Shown here one piece after another: positions 11,913 to 25,166 of a stretch of DNA of 64,000 bases. The position numbers and the translations under genes were made by a program. The stretch spans positions 23,002,001-23,066,000 of the forward strand of contig NC_043006.1 in the NCBI RefSeq assembly GCF_006345805.1, read 5' to 3'. Within the stretch, counting starts at the first letter, position 1. The number at the start of each line of letters is the position of its first letter. The DNA comes from Octopus sinensis (taxonomy: Eukaryota). The notes under the pieces were generated by a model. That model had not been told where the DNA came from. It did not search any database and saw nothing but the letters and a program-made list of their open reading frames with translations.

Positions 11913-13297
11913 TGAGGGTGAGCTGAAAAGTTCATAGGCTGACCACGATGCAATGATCAAACTTGACCAAATGTGTTTTATTTTTCAACATAGTCTTCCC
12001 TGCGGTCCATACACTTCTTCAATTGGTGTTGCAGTACTTGAATTCTTGTGGTATAGAAGCGCTCATCCTAACACTCAAAAAAGTCCTTAATGTCAGATAT
12101 GACCTCATCATCGGTCTGATTCTACTTCCCGACCAAGTATTTTGTCATGTTGGGGAACAGAAAATAGTCAGATGGTGGCAAATCAGGAGAATATGGAGGG
12201 TGATCAACCAGTTCAAAGCCACAGTCATGCACAGCAGCCATTGCAACTACAGACTCGGGTGCAAGAACATTGTCCTGGTGAAGCAGGACCCCCTTTGTCA
12301 GTTTTCCAGGCTATTTTGACTTGATTGCCTTTCGCAGCTGCCTCAGCAAGTTGGCATAGTATTCTCCATTGATAGTATGGCCTTTCTGAAAGTAGACAAT
12401 GAAAAAAATGCCCTTTGCATCCCAGAAGATGGAAGCCCATCACCTTCCCTGCTGATGACACCACAGTGGCCTTCTTTGGTTGGGGAGAAGACAGGTGTTT
12501 CCTCTGCATGGATTGCCATTTGGTCTCTGGCTCAAACTGGTGAACCCAACATACATCTTGGGTGAGGAAACATTCAAGAAAACTGGCTGGATTTGCTTCA
12601 AAAAGTGCTAAGTTTGCTTCTGATATTACCAGCCAGGTGTGTTTTTGATCGGGCGTCAAAAGTCGTGGCACTCACCAAGAGGAAACTTTTGACATGCCAA
12701 GTTCATTATGCAGAATGTTCTTAACTCGTTCATGGGAGATGCCTACAGCATTAGCTATCTGATTAACATTTAAATGTTTGTCATCCATCACTATATAGTG
12801 AACATGGTCAAAGCTTTTTTGGGGTGGCAGAACATCCGGACCTTGGGTCATCACTCCTTTTTTTTTCAAATAACACTGTGATAAGTGAACTCTTTGGTTT
12901 TGTTGAGGACAAATCAACCTCTCTAATGCTGGTGCCATGATAAAATGCACCCAGTACATCCCTACCCCTCTTGAATACAGCTTCCCACTTTTGTGCTGTT
13001 AATAAAACTGGAGCATCAACCTCTAAGGTAGTAACCATGTCAGCATGAATGTCCTTGAGGGCTAACCCCTTTTTCTGCAGATATTTGATAACACCACAGT
13101 GCCAAATTTTATCCATTTTCATGAAATGTCTCAAGTACCACTTTTCCAAATTCTCAATTCTGTATCCAGTGTGAGTTTATGTGGAAAGAAAAAAATGCAG
13201 TTAGCATCAGTTAAGGTTGAATTGAATGCATGTCAGGTTTAATTACTGTATGATAACTCCTTCTTAGTCAGCCTATGAACTTTTCAGCCCACTCTCA
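11913..13297 (-). mobile_element. mariner transposon relic, full-length TIRs, broken transposase
   Basis: TIRs TGAGGGTGAGCTGAAAAGTTCATAGGCTGAC / inverse, TA TSD; peptide remnants VIKYLQKKG...DDPRSG, MPRLLTPDQK, WVHQFEPETK. Confidence 0.88.
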
Positions 13298-13870
13298 TAG
13301 TTTCTGCTACTTAGGTGACCAAATTAGTAATGGTGGTAGACGCTCCAAAAGCATTATTTCTAGAGTAAGAATAAGATGGAGGAAGTTCAGAGAACTACTA
13401 CCTCCTCTTTTGGCAACAAAAGGACTCTCTCTCAGAGAGAAAAGTAGATTGTATGATGTTTGTGTATGAACGGCTACACTCCGGGTAGTGAAACATAGGC
13501 TCTGAATCCAGAGGACATGCAGAGACTAGACAGAAATTAAGGTAGTATACTCTGCTGGATGTGCAACATCCGTGTGCATAAACAACAAGGTGCAACTGTA
13601 TTGAGAGAAAAGTTGGACATAAGAGGAATTAAATGTGGTGTGCAGGAGAGAAAACTACCTTGGTTTGGACATATGATGCATATGAATGAAGACAGCTGTA
13701 TAAAGAAATGCCAGTCATTGAAAGTGGATGGTACCTGTGGAAAAGGGAGACCCAGGAAGACATGGCATGAAGTTGTGAAGACTGATCTCAGGGTGTTAAG
13801 GTTCAAGGAGGAAATGATAATGGACTGAGATATCTGGCGATATAAGGTTCTAGAGAAGACCCACCCACAT
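13298..13870 (+). mobile_element. RTE-clade LINE 3' RT/C-terminal remnant
   Basis: SFCYLGD...RIRWRKFRELLP, KLPWFGHMMHM...GKGRPRKTW; rejoins gtagcaga at 11903-11910 across the mariner TA site (VADSFCYLGD). Confidence 0.85.
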
Positions 13871-14387
13871 CAGCAAAACTGAGTTCTAGAAGTGTTGTGT
13901 CCCACCCACACATAGCAATAAAATTTTCACACACCCTATCCCAAGAAACTAAATCACATCTCCTCTCCTAAACTGCATTTTTACTTGCTCACATTTCATC
14001 TTCATACACTATGATTATCCCCCACTCTTAATCCTTGTCTTCACTGCCCGGCTCACTGTATCACTGCTTTCTCCACCTGCTCTTTGTACCAAAGTTCTCG
14101 CCAGTCTCCACAATCTTCACTTCCATGTCTCTTGACAAAACCTAGCCAAGTATATTATAACCTCCATACCCTGAGGGCATGCCCTGGCAATTGCCTCTAT
14201 TTATCTCTTTCTTGTTACCTCTCTCTCTGGCCATGTAACTATGTACCTCCTCTATAACAAGACACCTGTTTCTGCCTCTCTGTCTTTCTGTCACACTCGA
14301 ACCTTTCATCATCTGACACAAGATCACCTCCTCCAATCACCCCCTCTCAAAATACTTTGTTTTACACGTTACTTGGTGATCTTGCCA

Positions 14388-14716
14388 GTGCTGGTGCCAC
14401 ATAAAAAGCATCCAGTCCACACTGTGAAATGGTTGGCATTTGGAAGGGCATTCAGTTGTAAAAACCATGCCAAAACTGACCTCCCCTGTGCTGGTGCCAC
14501 ATAAAAGCACTCAGTCCACACTGTGAAATGGTTGGCATTTGGAAGGGCATTCAGTTGTAAAAACCATGCCAAAACTGACCTCCCCTGTGCTGGTGCCACA
14601 TAAAAGCACTCAGTCCACACTGTGAAATGGTTGGCATTTGGAAGGGCATTCAGTTGTAAAAACCATGCCAAAACTGACCTCGCCTGTGCTGGTGCCACAT
14701 AAAAGCACTCAGTCCA
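14388..14716 (+). repeat. 99-bp tandem repeat x3.3 derived from a SINE-C-like segment
   Basis: Unit starts at 14388, 14488, 14587 and 14686; near-identical copies. Confidence 0.9.
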
Positions 14717-16412
14717 CTCAGTGGGGTGGCCAGTGTCAGGAAAGGCATCCAGCTGTAAAAAAACCAGGCCAAAACAGACACAGTAGCTTGGTGTAATCTT
14801 CTACCTGGCTGGCTCCTGTCAAACTGGCTGACCTATGCCAGCAGGGATGGTGAACATTAAATGCTGATGATGATTCAAACTCTAATGACCCAACCCGTGC
14901 CAGTGTGGGAAGCAGACTGAAAATAATGATGATATATATAACATATATATATATATATATATATAAATGCATGTACATATACAGACACATATTCACACAC
15001 ATACTCACACACAGATATTCATAAACATACTCACACTCACACACAGATATTCATAAACATACGCACACACACATACTCATACACACTCATACACATATTC
15101 ATACACAAAAACTCATATACTCACATACATACAACACACATATAGATACATTCATATATATGTGTTTATCATAGACACACACATACATACATATGTATGT
15201 GTGTGCTTATGTGTATGTTTGTGCGTGTTCAACTCTTGGCAGCATAAAAAAAAAACTGTCAATAATAATAATATATCAATGCAGCATATATGTAATGTGC
15301 TTTAAACATGAGTAGCAGGTTTGGGGCAATTCCCACCCCTCTTCTCCCACTATACAAACAAAAATACAAAACTGGTTACAAAATAGCTAATTAACCAACA
15401 AAAGCACACCACTTTTCTCTGGAAACAATAGCCAAATGTGTTTTATTTCCTCTTCATCGTTTAATGTCCGCTTTCCATGCTAGCATGGGTTGGATGGTTC
15501 AACCGAGGTCTGGGAAGCCAGAAGGCTGCACCAGGCCCAGTCTGATCTGGCAGTATTTCTACAGCTGGATGCCCTTCCTAACGCCAACCACTCCGTGAGT
15601 GTAGTGGGTGCTTTTTACGTGCCACCAGCACAGGTGCCAGACGAGGCTGGTAAATGGCCACGATCGGATGGTGCTTTTTACGTGCCACTGGGACGGAGAC
15701 CAGACGAAGCTGGCAACGGCCACGAATTGGATGGTGCTTTTTACGTGCCATCGGCACGGAGTTTGTTTGCTTTTTTAAATTTTACACAAATAATTTTACT
15801 AGTTAGTTTTTCCATATTTTCCCCTCAACCATAGTTGATGAACCAAACATGGAGACTGCACAATTGGTTGCCTATATCTGCAAGAAATAGCAGCCTAATC
15901 TCCCTCAAACCACATGAATAACACATTTGATAATGTGGTTTTTAACACAGTATGCTATGGACTATAACTTGAAATTGCATCTGGTAGGGTCAGACTTCAG
16001 GAGTGCCAGGGGTTTGAAGAGTGTAGAACCACCTCTTGGCCATTATAATTCTCAAGTCTGCTCTGACATAGAATAGTAGCACCTGTCCCAGCTATGGGTT
16101 AATTAGCATATTAGGGTTTGTTATCCTATGGACCTGGCGAACTTTGCAGTTTATGGTTCAATGGAGGGGAAGATGACTGCAATGACACATTGTGGAGAAC
16201 AGAGAGCAAGATGAGGTAAATAAGGCATCTTGCTCATCCACCACATCCATCTACATCTTGGGTTGTCTTGACCTGGTCTTTCACTAGAAGTCTATGCAGT
16301 CATCTGACGAGAATGATTTCTTTCAAATGAGGTAGTGTTTTCATTAATCAGTTAAAGGAGATGCATGACACAGCCATAATGAATTGACACCTGTACATCT
16401 CTGTTAGTCATT

Positions 16413-16453
<41 letters not shown>

Positions 16454-16549
16454 CGGGAAGGTTTACGAAAATAAACAAAAGACGAAGGCAGGTGGAGTAC
16501 AAACAAACAAATGTATTAGTATGGCGCTCAGGAATAGAAATAGAACAAG

Positions 16550-16587
16550 TCTTTTACGTTTCGAGCCTATGCTCTTCGACAGAAAGA
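16550..16587 (-). ncRNA. Minimal type I hammerhead motif, CUGUCGA variant
   Basis: tcttt-CTGTCGA-A-gagc(atag)gctc-GAAA-cg-TA-aaaga. Confidence 0.65.
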
Positions 16588-17195
16588 TACACAAAAAAGA
16601 AACAAGGAGAGAAAAAAATGCGTGTAGGAGCTAACGGTCCATCATGGCTATATATATATACAATGGGCTTCTTTCAGTTTCTGTCTACCAAACTACTCAT
16701 AAGGCTTTGGTCAGCCCAGAGCACTTACTCAAGATGTCACACTGTGATACCGGACCCAAAACTAGGAACCTTGTAGGTGGGCAGTAAAGTTCTTGCCACA
16801 AAACCATGCCAACTATGTATGCATATGACACAGCATGTATGTGTATGTGAGTATATATATAAATATAAATATAAATATTATATATATATATCATCATCAT
16901 CATTTAGTGTCCACTTTCCATGCTAGCATGAATTAATTAATAATGTCAGGGTAATAAAGATTTTAGAAATTTTTACTACCAGTGGCCTAGCGTATAGAAA
17001 AATTAGTCAATAGCAAATTATTTTATTTGCTAAAAAATTGTCAGAAACCATGGTCCAGGAAATAGATGGTAAATGTTTTTATTTTTCATTCCCTTCGAGA
17101 ATTTATCCCTAATTAGTGGTTTGGACTTTAGCTGTTCCTTCTAGCGAGAGGGATTCCTATGATGGATACCTCTTAATGTGTTTAAATGTACACTG

Positions 17196-17239
<44 letters not shown>

Positions 17240-17439
17240 TTGTGTTTTTTACTGGTTTCGGTCATTGGATTGCAGCCATGCAAGGGCACCACTTTGAAGG
17301 GAGTTAGTAAAAAAAAAAATTCAGCGCCAGTACATTTTTCTTAAGCCAGGTACTTACTCTATCAGTCTCATTTTGCCAAATTGCTAAGTTATGGAGACAT
17401 AAACAAACCAACACCAGTTGTCAAGTGATAGTGTTCGTC

Positions 17440-17990
17440 AAACACATATACAAAGACAAACACACACAGATATACGCACACATATAGATATACATACACA
17501 AACATAGATACACACACAGATATACACACATATATAGATATACACACACATATAGATATACATACACAAACATAGATACACACACAGATATACACATACG
17601 TATAGATATACATACACAAACATAGATACACACACAGATATACACACACATATAGATATACACACACATATAGATATACATACACACACATAGATACACA
17701 CACAGATATACACACACGTATAGATATACATACACAAACATAGATACACACACAGATATACACACACATATAGATATACACACAGATATACACACACATA
17801 TAGATATACACACATATATAGATATACACACATATAGATATACACACACGTATAGATATACATAGACAAACATAGATACACACACAGATATACACACATA
17901 TATAGATATACACACATATAGATATACATACACAAACATAGATACACACACAGATATACACACACATATATATATGCATACACACACAAA
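17440..17990. repeat. Minisatellite expansion inside a minus-strand SINE A
   Basis: Repeats of acacacagatatac/acatatagatatac/atacacaaacatagat between SINE A segments (~17270-17440 and ~17990-18085). Confidence 0.85.
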
Positions 17991-18978
17991 CGTGACAGGC
18001 TTCTTTCGACTTCCATCTACCAAATCCACTCACAAGGTTTTGGTTGACCCAGAGCTATATTAGAAGACGCTTGCCTAAGGTGACACATGGAATTATGTAT
18101 GTTTATGCATGTCTCTACGATCATTAAGGAAATTTTTATTCACTTAATGCCGATACAGTATATGTGAATGCATACATGAGTGTGTTCACGTGTTTCTATC
18201 AGAAAAAAAAACCAAAACACTCACACACAAATAAGATATCACAAAAGCCCAGACAAAAAGGAAGGCCACATAAAATATTTTTACAATAGAGTTACTCAAA
18301 TAAAACTCACTTTTCTAGCCCAACCCATATCATGCGTATACTGTCTTTCATTGTGCATATTATATAAACTTACGTCACCTGTTTCAGTAAGTTTTTGTTT
18401 TTTTTAACGTATGACATAATTGTTATTACACATATATTCAATCATGATCACAACAATTGCTTTGGCGCATCTAGCATCAATCCCTCACAACTTGTTTAGG
18501 AGTATCCAACAGTGTAGATGCATCTCTTCAGGAGATTACAAAATGTAGCTCCTTAAAATTATGTCTGTTCCGCTAGTTTTCTTCTCGGTATGTGTATAGA
18601 AATGCAACAAATTAAGGGACACAGCTTCATTATTAGTGATCAATAATAACATCAGATGCAAAAAGAAACAAATACACACACACCCACACACTTATATTCT
18701 TTACCTTCTCTGAGCATTTCATTAATACTTGGGATGTGCTACATCATCACGTTTTTTTTCTTCATTTCTTGAATTGATTATATATATATATATATATATA
18801 CAGTAAAAGCAATTAAGATTCAAGTGAGTTCTATTGAATTCACTTGAATGCGGTACTTAACTTAGATGCACCAGAAAAACTCTATGGTATTAACCATACA
18901 ATAATGTGGGGTGATTATAAACGAGAAAAAAGCAACAAGAATGGATTCTTGTTGCTTTTTTCTCGTTTATATATATAG

Positions 18979-19016
<38 letters not shown>

Positions 19017-19155
19017 ATATATATATATATATATAGTTAATATATATATATATAGTTAATCCAAACATGAAAACACAAAGAGAAAACACAACAGCGCGAT
19101 GACGTGGAACAAGTATAGTGTATTGGACGCTCAGGAAAGGAAGGAAAGAAGGAGG

Positions 19156-19190
19156 GTTTAATGTTTCGAGCAGAGCTCTTCATCAGAAAC
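19156..19190 (-). ncRNA. Minimal type I hammerhead motif, canonical core, imperfect stem III
   Basis: gttt-CTGATGA-A-gagc(tct)gctc-GAAA-ca-T-T-aaac. Confidence 0.62.
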
Positions 19191-19900
19191 ATAGGAAAAG
19201 GAAAGATCCAAAGAAGGGAAGACGGAGGAAAAAAATCGCCAACAGTACACACACGGTCACATTTTGAATATATATATATAGTTATAGTTATATTCACATA
19301 TATATATATCGGGCATAGCTGTGTGGTTAGGGAGCTTGCTACATGGTTTCGGGTTCAGTCCCACTGTGTGGCACTTTGGGGAGGTGTCTTCTACTATAGC
19401 CCCGAGTCGATCGAAGCTTTGTGATTGAATTCGGTAGGCGGAAGTTACTGCCGTGTGTGTATGTGTGCGTATAGCTGCTCAGTGCCTCTCCAAAAGAGAG
19501 AGAGAGAGAGGGGATATATCGTTGCTATTATGTTAAACTGTCATATATCCAAATTTGACAAAATGTGTTTTTTTCAATATATAATTTTGCTTGCAAGAGC
19601 CAGTTCTTTTGGTCAAACTATTGTATCTGCAACTGCTTCAGCTGAAAATTGTCAAAGTGTAGTACAATGGTTTTGCATTTTTCAAAAGTGTAGTAAGTCC
19701 CACATATGACAGGTTTGCAAAAATATTTCTGACTGAAAATATCATACATGCATGGAGTTATGATTTTAGGCAGCCTACAAAGTATTATCATTAAGCTGAA
19801 ACTGTTGCTAATGTAAAAAGAAATGGAATGGCGAAACTATTTTCTTGCTTTCTGAAAATGCAACATTTTGGACTTACGACACTTTTGCATAATGGCAACG

Positions 19901-19949
<49 letters not shown>

Positions 19950-20046
19950 ACGGGAAGGTTTACGAAAATAAACAAAAGACGAAGGCAGGTGGAGTACAAA
20001 CAAATAAATGTATTAGTATGGCACTCAGGAATAGAAATAGAACAAG

Positions 20047-20084
20047 TCTTTTACGTTTCGAGCCTACACTCTTCGACAGAAAGA
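20047..20084 (-). ncRNA. Minimal type I hammerhead motif, CUGUCGA variant (second copy)
   Basis: tcttt-CTGTCGA-A-gagt(gtag)gctc-GAAA-cg-TA-aaaga; same repeat family as 16460-16620. Confidence 0.65.
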
Positions 20085-20087
20085 TAC

Positions 20088-20118
<31 letters not shown>

Positions 20119-20754
20119 AAGTTAATCCAAACAAGAAAACAAAAAGACAATAACGCAAGGATGTGGAACAAATAAAGTATTATTGGACGCTCAGGAAAGA
20201 AGGGAAGAAGGAGGAGGGAGGGTATATATATATACACATATATATTTTATATATATATACATATATATTTTATATATATACATATATACATCATCATCAT
20301 CATCACCATTTAATGTCCGCTTCCCATGCTAGCATGGGTTGGACGATTTGATTGAGGTCTGGCAAACCAGATGACTGCACCAGACTCCAATCTGATCTGC
20401 CAGAGTTTCTACAGCTGGATGCCCTTCCTAACGCCAACCACTCTGAGAGTGTAGTGGGTTCTTTTATGTGCCACCGGCACGAGGGCCAGTCGAGCTGTAC
20501 TGGCAATGACCTCGTTCGAATCTTTTTACACATGCCACCAGCACAGGTGCCAGTAAGGCGATGCTGGTAATGATATATATATAATTAATACACAACTATG
20601 AGAGAGAATCCACTATGTGGATGCTCTTACACTAGATGTAGATCCGCAAAGGGACTCAACCACTAAGAATTGTTCTCAAGAAATAATTTGGCACACTGTC
20701 TCTGACCTCGTGTTAATATATAGCGTGCAGATTGACAAATTATATTTTATGACG

Positions 20755-20832
20755 TACTCCACCGATGAGCCGAGGATATTTATGTAAGTAAAATTCCATA
20801 ATTTATTAACGGTGAAACAATTGTATAGGGTT
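20755..20832 (+). ncRNA. Hammerhead motif with long stem II loop, U4C
   Basis: actcca-CCGATGA-gccg...cggt-GAAA-caattg-TA-tagggt; palindromic ACAATTGT stem III; stem I has one mismatch. Confidence 0.55.
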
Positions 20833-21090
20833 AATCTATATTTTTGTTATTTTTCATTTGTCCTGCTCGCTTACGTTCTTAGTGTGCCAAATTATTTCTT
20901 GAGAACAATTCTTAGTGGTTGAGTCCCTTTGCAGATCTATATCTAGCGTAAGAGCGTCCACATAGTGGATTCTCTCTCATAGTTGTGTATTAATAATATT
21001 TACTGAATCTCAGTCTTTTATACGCTAGGCCACTGGTGTTTAAATTGATGTTGTTAAATTAATAGCCAATTTTTTCACCCTCATTTTGAC

Positions 21091-21129
<39 letters not shown>

Positions 21130-22744
21130 TATATATATAGATAGATATATCATCATCATCATCATCATCATAATTTAACGTCCATTGTCCATGCTGGCAT
21201 GGATTGCACAATTTGACCAGGGCTAATAAGCTGAGGGGCTGCACCAAATACCAGTCTGATTTAGCATGGTTTCTACAGCTGGATACCCTTCCTCAGAGAG
21301 TGTAATGGGTGATTTTACATGTCATTTCCACAAGTACCAGTAGCATGACATCAGTATCTGCCATGACTACAATTTCAGTTGGCTTGATGAGTCTTCTATT
21401 TAAGTACCACATATTGCCAAAAGTCTTGGTCATTTGTCATTGCCTCTATGAGGGCAAATGCTCAAAAGTGCTTTTTATGTGCTACCAGCATGGGTGCTAG
21501 TTATGTGATGCCAGCATTGGCCACACTGCCTCCATGAGGTCCAATGCTCAAAAGCCACGACTACGATTTCACTTGGCTTGACAGGTCTTCTCAAGCACAG
21601 TATACCTATTTCTTTACTACCCACAAGGGGCTAAACACAGAGAGGACAAACAAACGGATTAAGTCGATTACATCGACCCAGTGAATAACTGGTACTTAAT
21701 TTATCGACCCAGAAAGGATGAAAGGCAAAGTCGACCTCGACAGAATTTGAACTCAGAACGTAGTTGCAGACGAAATACCACTAAGCATTTCACCCGGCAT
21801 GCTAACATTTCTGCCAGCTCGCCGCCTTGGTGGTATGCTGTGCTCACTGAAGCACAGCATACCACCAAAGGTCTCAGTCAAAGTCATGCTTCCACGTGTG
21901 TGTGTGTGTGTGTTTGGTGGCCTTCTTCCAGTTTCCAAGGCTTTGTTCAGCACAAAGCTATAGTAGAAGACACCTGCCCAAGATGCCATGCAGTGGGACT
22001 GAACCAAGATCACATTGCTGGGAAATGAACTTCTCAAACAAACTCTATAGCCCTCTTATGTACCTCTGACCTTCACTTCTGTCACTGTACCTCTCCCACC
22101 CTTCCACTCTTACACATTGCATACTATCCCTCTACTTTCTGATTTATCTCCCTTCTTGAACCACTGCTATCTCTCTCACCTTCACTCCAGTTTCCATACT
22201 GATATTTCCTATCAACTTCATCTCTACCTTTATTCCTAACTCACTCCATTCATCTCTACCCCCCAGCTCTAATCATCTGTTACCCTCCTCTCACACACTT
22301 ATGAAACTACCCACCCTCTCCTTCCCTGCAGATCCACTGTTCATATTCTCTCTTACTCTCATGTTCTTGTGACTTGATAGTTTGCTCTGACACTTCATCG
22401 CCATCATCATTATCTTTTTTGTTAGCTACTCACCTGACTCTTATATAAAGCAAAAACTCATGCATCTCCTCAATAGCAAAACACTTGTGCTTGTGCCTCA
22501 ATCATACTTCAGCAATACAATAGCTGGCCCCCCAAAAAACTACCTGACCCTCACTAGTGCCACTGACACAAAAGAAAACAGCCAATACAAACTGTAAAGC
22601 AGTTGATGTCAGGAAGAGTATACTGTTGTAGAAACTACACCAAAGCTGACACTGGAGCTCAATGCAGTCCTGCAGTTCATCAGATCTTGTCAAATAGAAA
22701 ACAGACATTAAATAATGATAATGATGATGGTAATATATTTATCA

Positions 22745-23210
22745 TCATCGTTTAACATCCGTTTTCCATGCTAGCATGGGTTGGATGGTTCAACTGGGGT
22801 CTGGGAAGCCAGAAGGCTGCACCAGGCTCCAGTCTGATCTGGCAGTGTTTCTACAGCTGGATGCCCTTCCTAATGCCAACCACTCGGTGAGTGTAGTGGG
22901 TGCTTTTTACGTGCCACCTGCACAGGTGCCAGACGAGGCTGGCAAACGGCCACGATCGGATGGTGTTTTTTACATGCCATCAGCACGGGGGCCAGACGAG
23001 GCTGGCAAACGGCCATGATCGGATGGTGCTTTTTACGTGCCACTGGCACGGGGGCCAGATGAAGCTGGCAAACGGCCACGATCGGATGGTGCTTTTTACA
23101 TGCCACCGGCACGGAGGCCAGTTGGGGCGGCGCTGGTAACAGCCATGTTCGGATGGTTCTCTTACGTGCCACCGGCACTGGTATCACAGCTACAATTTCC
23201 ATTGATGTTG
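22745..23210 (-). mobile_element. SINE family C with internal ~62-bp tandem units
   Basis: (CAT)n-TTTAACATCC...CAGCTGGATGCCCTTCCTAATGCCAACCAC; units at 22929, 22991 and 23054. Other copies at ~15457, 20300, 26330, 28925, 37650, 41900, 42870. Confidence 0.85.
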
Positions 23211-24891
23211 ATTGCTCAGGTGCACTACAACTTATCAGAAAAAGTAGCCAAAACTGCATAAACAGTACATAGAATATGTTTAGGAAGTAAACAGTGACTA
23301 GGTCTTCAAAAAAAAGTAGGGGATGGGCATCAGGTATATTTTTGCGAATTTCAAGAAGTTCCCTCCATGCCACGAGGCACATTAGGCCCCAACATGAACT
23401 CTCCAACCAGCTCAGTTTTCTGCCACTGTTCTGGTCTCATTCCAGCTTTTCCACCCTTTCTATCTCCTTTCCTTGTCAATGGTCCTTCACTATGTGGTTT
23501 TAGAGTGCCCTACTACTCTTTTCCCCTCAGGCTGCCATTCAGGACTAGAATATATCAAATCAGACAGCGACAATGCCACTACAACCAGCACTAATGTTTA
23601 ATGTCCACTTTTCCATGCTTGCATGAGTCAGATGAAATTCATTGACGCTGGATGCCCTTCCTGTGGTCAACCTTCAAACAAGGTAATATTTTGCCATGGA
23701 AGACAGGAAACAAACAACCTCACTTGTATAGTAGTGATGCTCATTTACAATTATCATATGATGTCCAAACAAGAGTACACACACACATATACGATAGGCT
23801 TCTTTCAGTTTCTTATTTCTTTATTACCCACAAGGGGCTAAACACAGAGGGGACAAACAAGGACAGACAAGTCAATTATATTGACCCCAATGTGTAACTG
23901 GTACTTAATTTATCGACCCCGAAAGGATGAAAGGCAAAGTCGACCACGGCAGAATTTGAACTCAGAATGTAACGGCAGACGAAATGCTGCTAAGCATTTC
24001 ACCCGGTGTGCTAACATTTCTGCCAGCTCACCACCTTAGGCTTCTTTCAGTTTCTGCCTACCAAATCTACTCACAAAGCCTTGGTTAGCTTAAGGGCATA
24101 GTAAAAGACACTTGCCCAAGGTGCCATGCTGTAGGACTGAACTCAGAACCATGTGGTTTTGAAAACAAGCTTCTTACCTTCTCAGAAATGGTTGAACATA
24201 TCTTCTTTTTTTTCCATTTTTTTTTTTGTTGTTCTTTATTTTTTTGTTATATACAATAATAAATGCAAACCAAAACAAGAAATACTTCTAAAATAGTAAT
24301 CTCCAGTTAATTATTCAAGCTTTACTATAATTACTCACACAAGACTGTGTTATTCATTATCTACAAATTTAATTATCTCGTTAATATTCCAGCTGTCAAG
24401 AAATAAATTGACTCAGTCAAGCTCACTCAGTGGGAGAAATCAAGAAAAACGGAAGAAAAGCATAAAAATGAAAAAAAAAAGAAATAAAGATTGAAGTAAA
24501 AAGACTAATGATTGTTGAATTGCATCAAGGAAGTAATATAAAACTACCACAACTATCATAACTATCAACAGCTAAATACATTCTAATAAAAGTGTAGGCA
24601 TGGCTGTGTGGTTAAGAAGCTTGCTTCCCAATCATGTGGTCTTGGGTTCAGTCCCACTGTGCAGCATCATGTGCAAATATTTTCAACTATAACCCCAGGA
24701 CAATTAAGGTCTTGTGAATGAATATGGTGAACAGAAACTGAAAGACCTTCATATATATATATAACTTATAAAATAAGGGCAAAAGAAAAATTCTAATGCC
24801 AAATATGCCGAAAAAAAGACAAAATTGTCAATAACCATTTTAATTAATGCATCTCGAAACAAGTAGATAGAAATTTCTAAAAAATCCGTTA

Positions 24892-24952
24892 TTACCGTAT
24901 TGGTCCCAATTTCAGAGTTAATTCATAAGAATTTTCTCCTCGTCAGCGATAA
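24892..24952 (-). ncRNA. Type I hammerhead ribozyme motif, canonical core
   Basis: Minus strand: ttatcg-CTGACGA-ggag(aaaattcttatgaattaa)ctct-GAAA-ttgg ga ccaa-TA-cggtaa; stems I, II and III all pair. Confidence 0.8.
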
Positions 24953-25166
24953 ATACGTAAGACATAAATGAAATGAAATGTATGTATATACATAGATACA
25001 TACACTTAAGCACATAAATGCAAAATGAGGTGGCAAAAACAGTACTTGAATACCAAAGGTGGAGTAATATGCTTTTTTATTAAAGCTGCTAAAACATCAC
25101 AAAAAAGCTGTTATTCAGAGTTTCGTCAGACAGTTATCATCAAGACTGGATTCCAGTCTTGATCAC

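Noticed and set aside
17389-18033. Long ORFs rich in C/V/Y/M/H/T here and at 58753-59364, 61284-61757 and 62672-63545
   Set aside because: Translations of micro- and minisatellites; open only because the repeats lack stops.
16978-21038. Perfect 19-bp inverted pair ACCAGTGGCCTAGCGTATA possibly bounding a 4-kb transposon
   Set aside because: No matching TSD, and the interior is a mixture of unrelated repeats.
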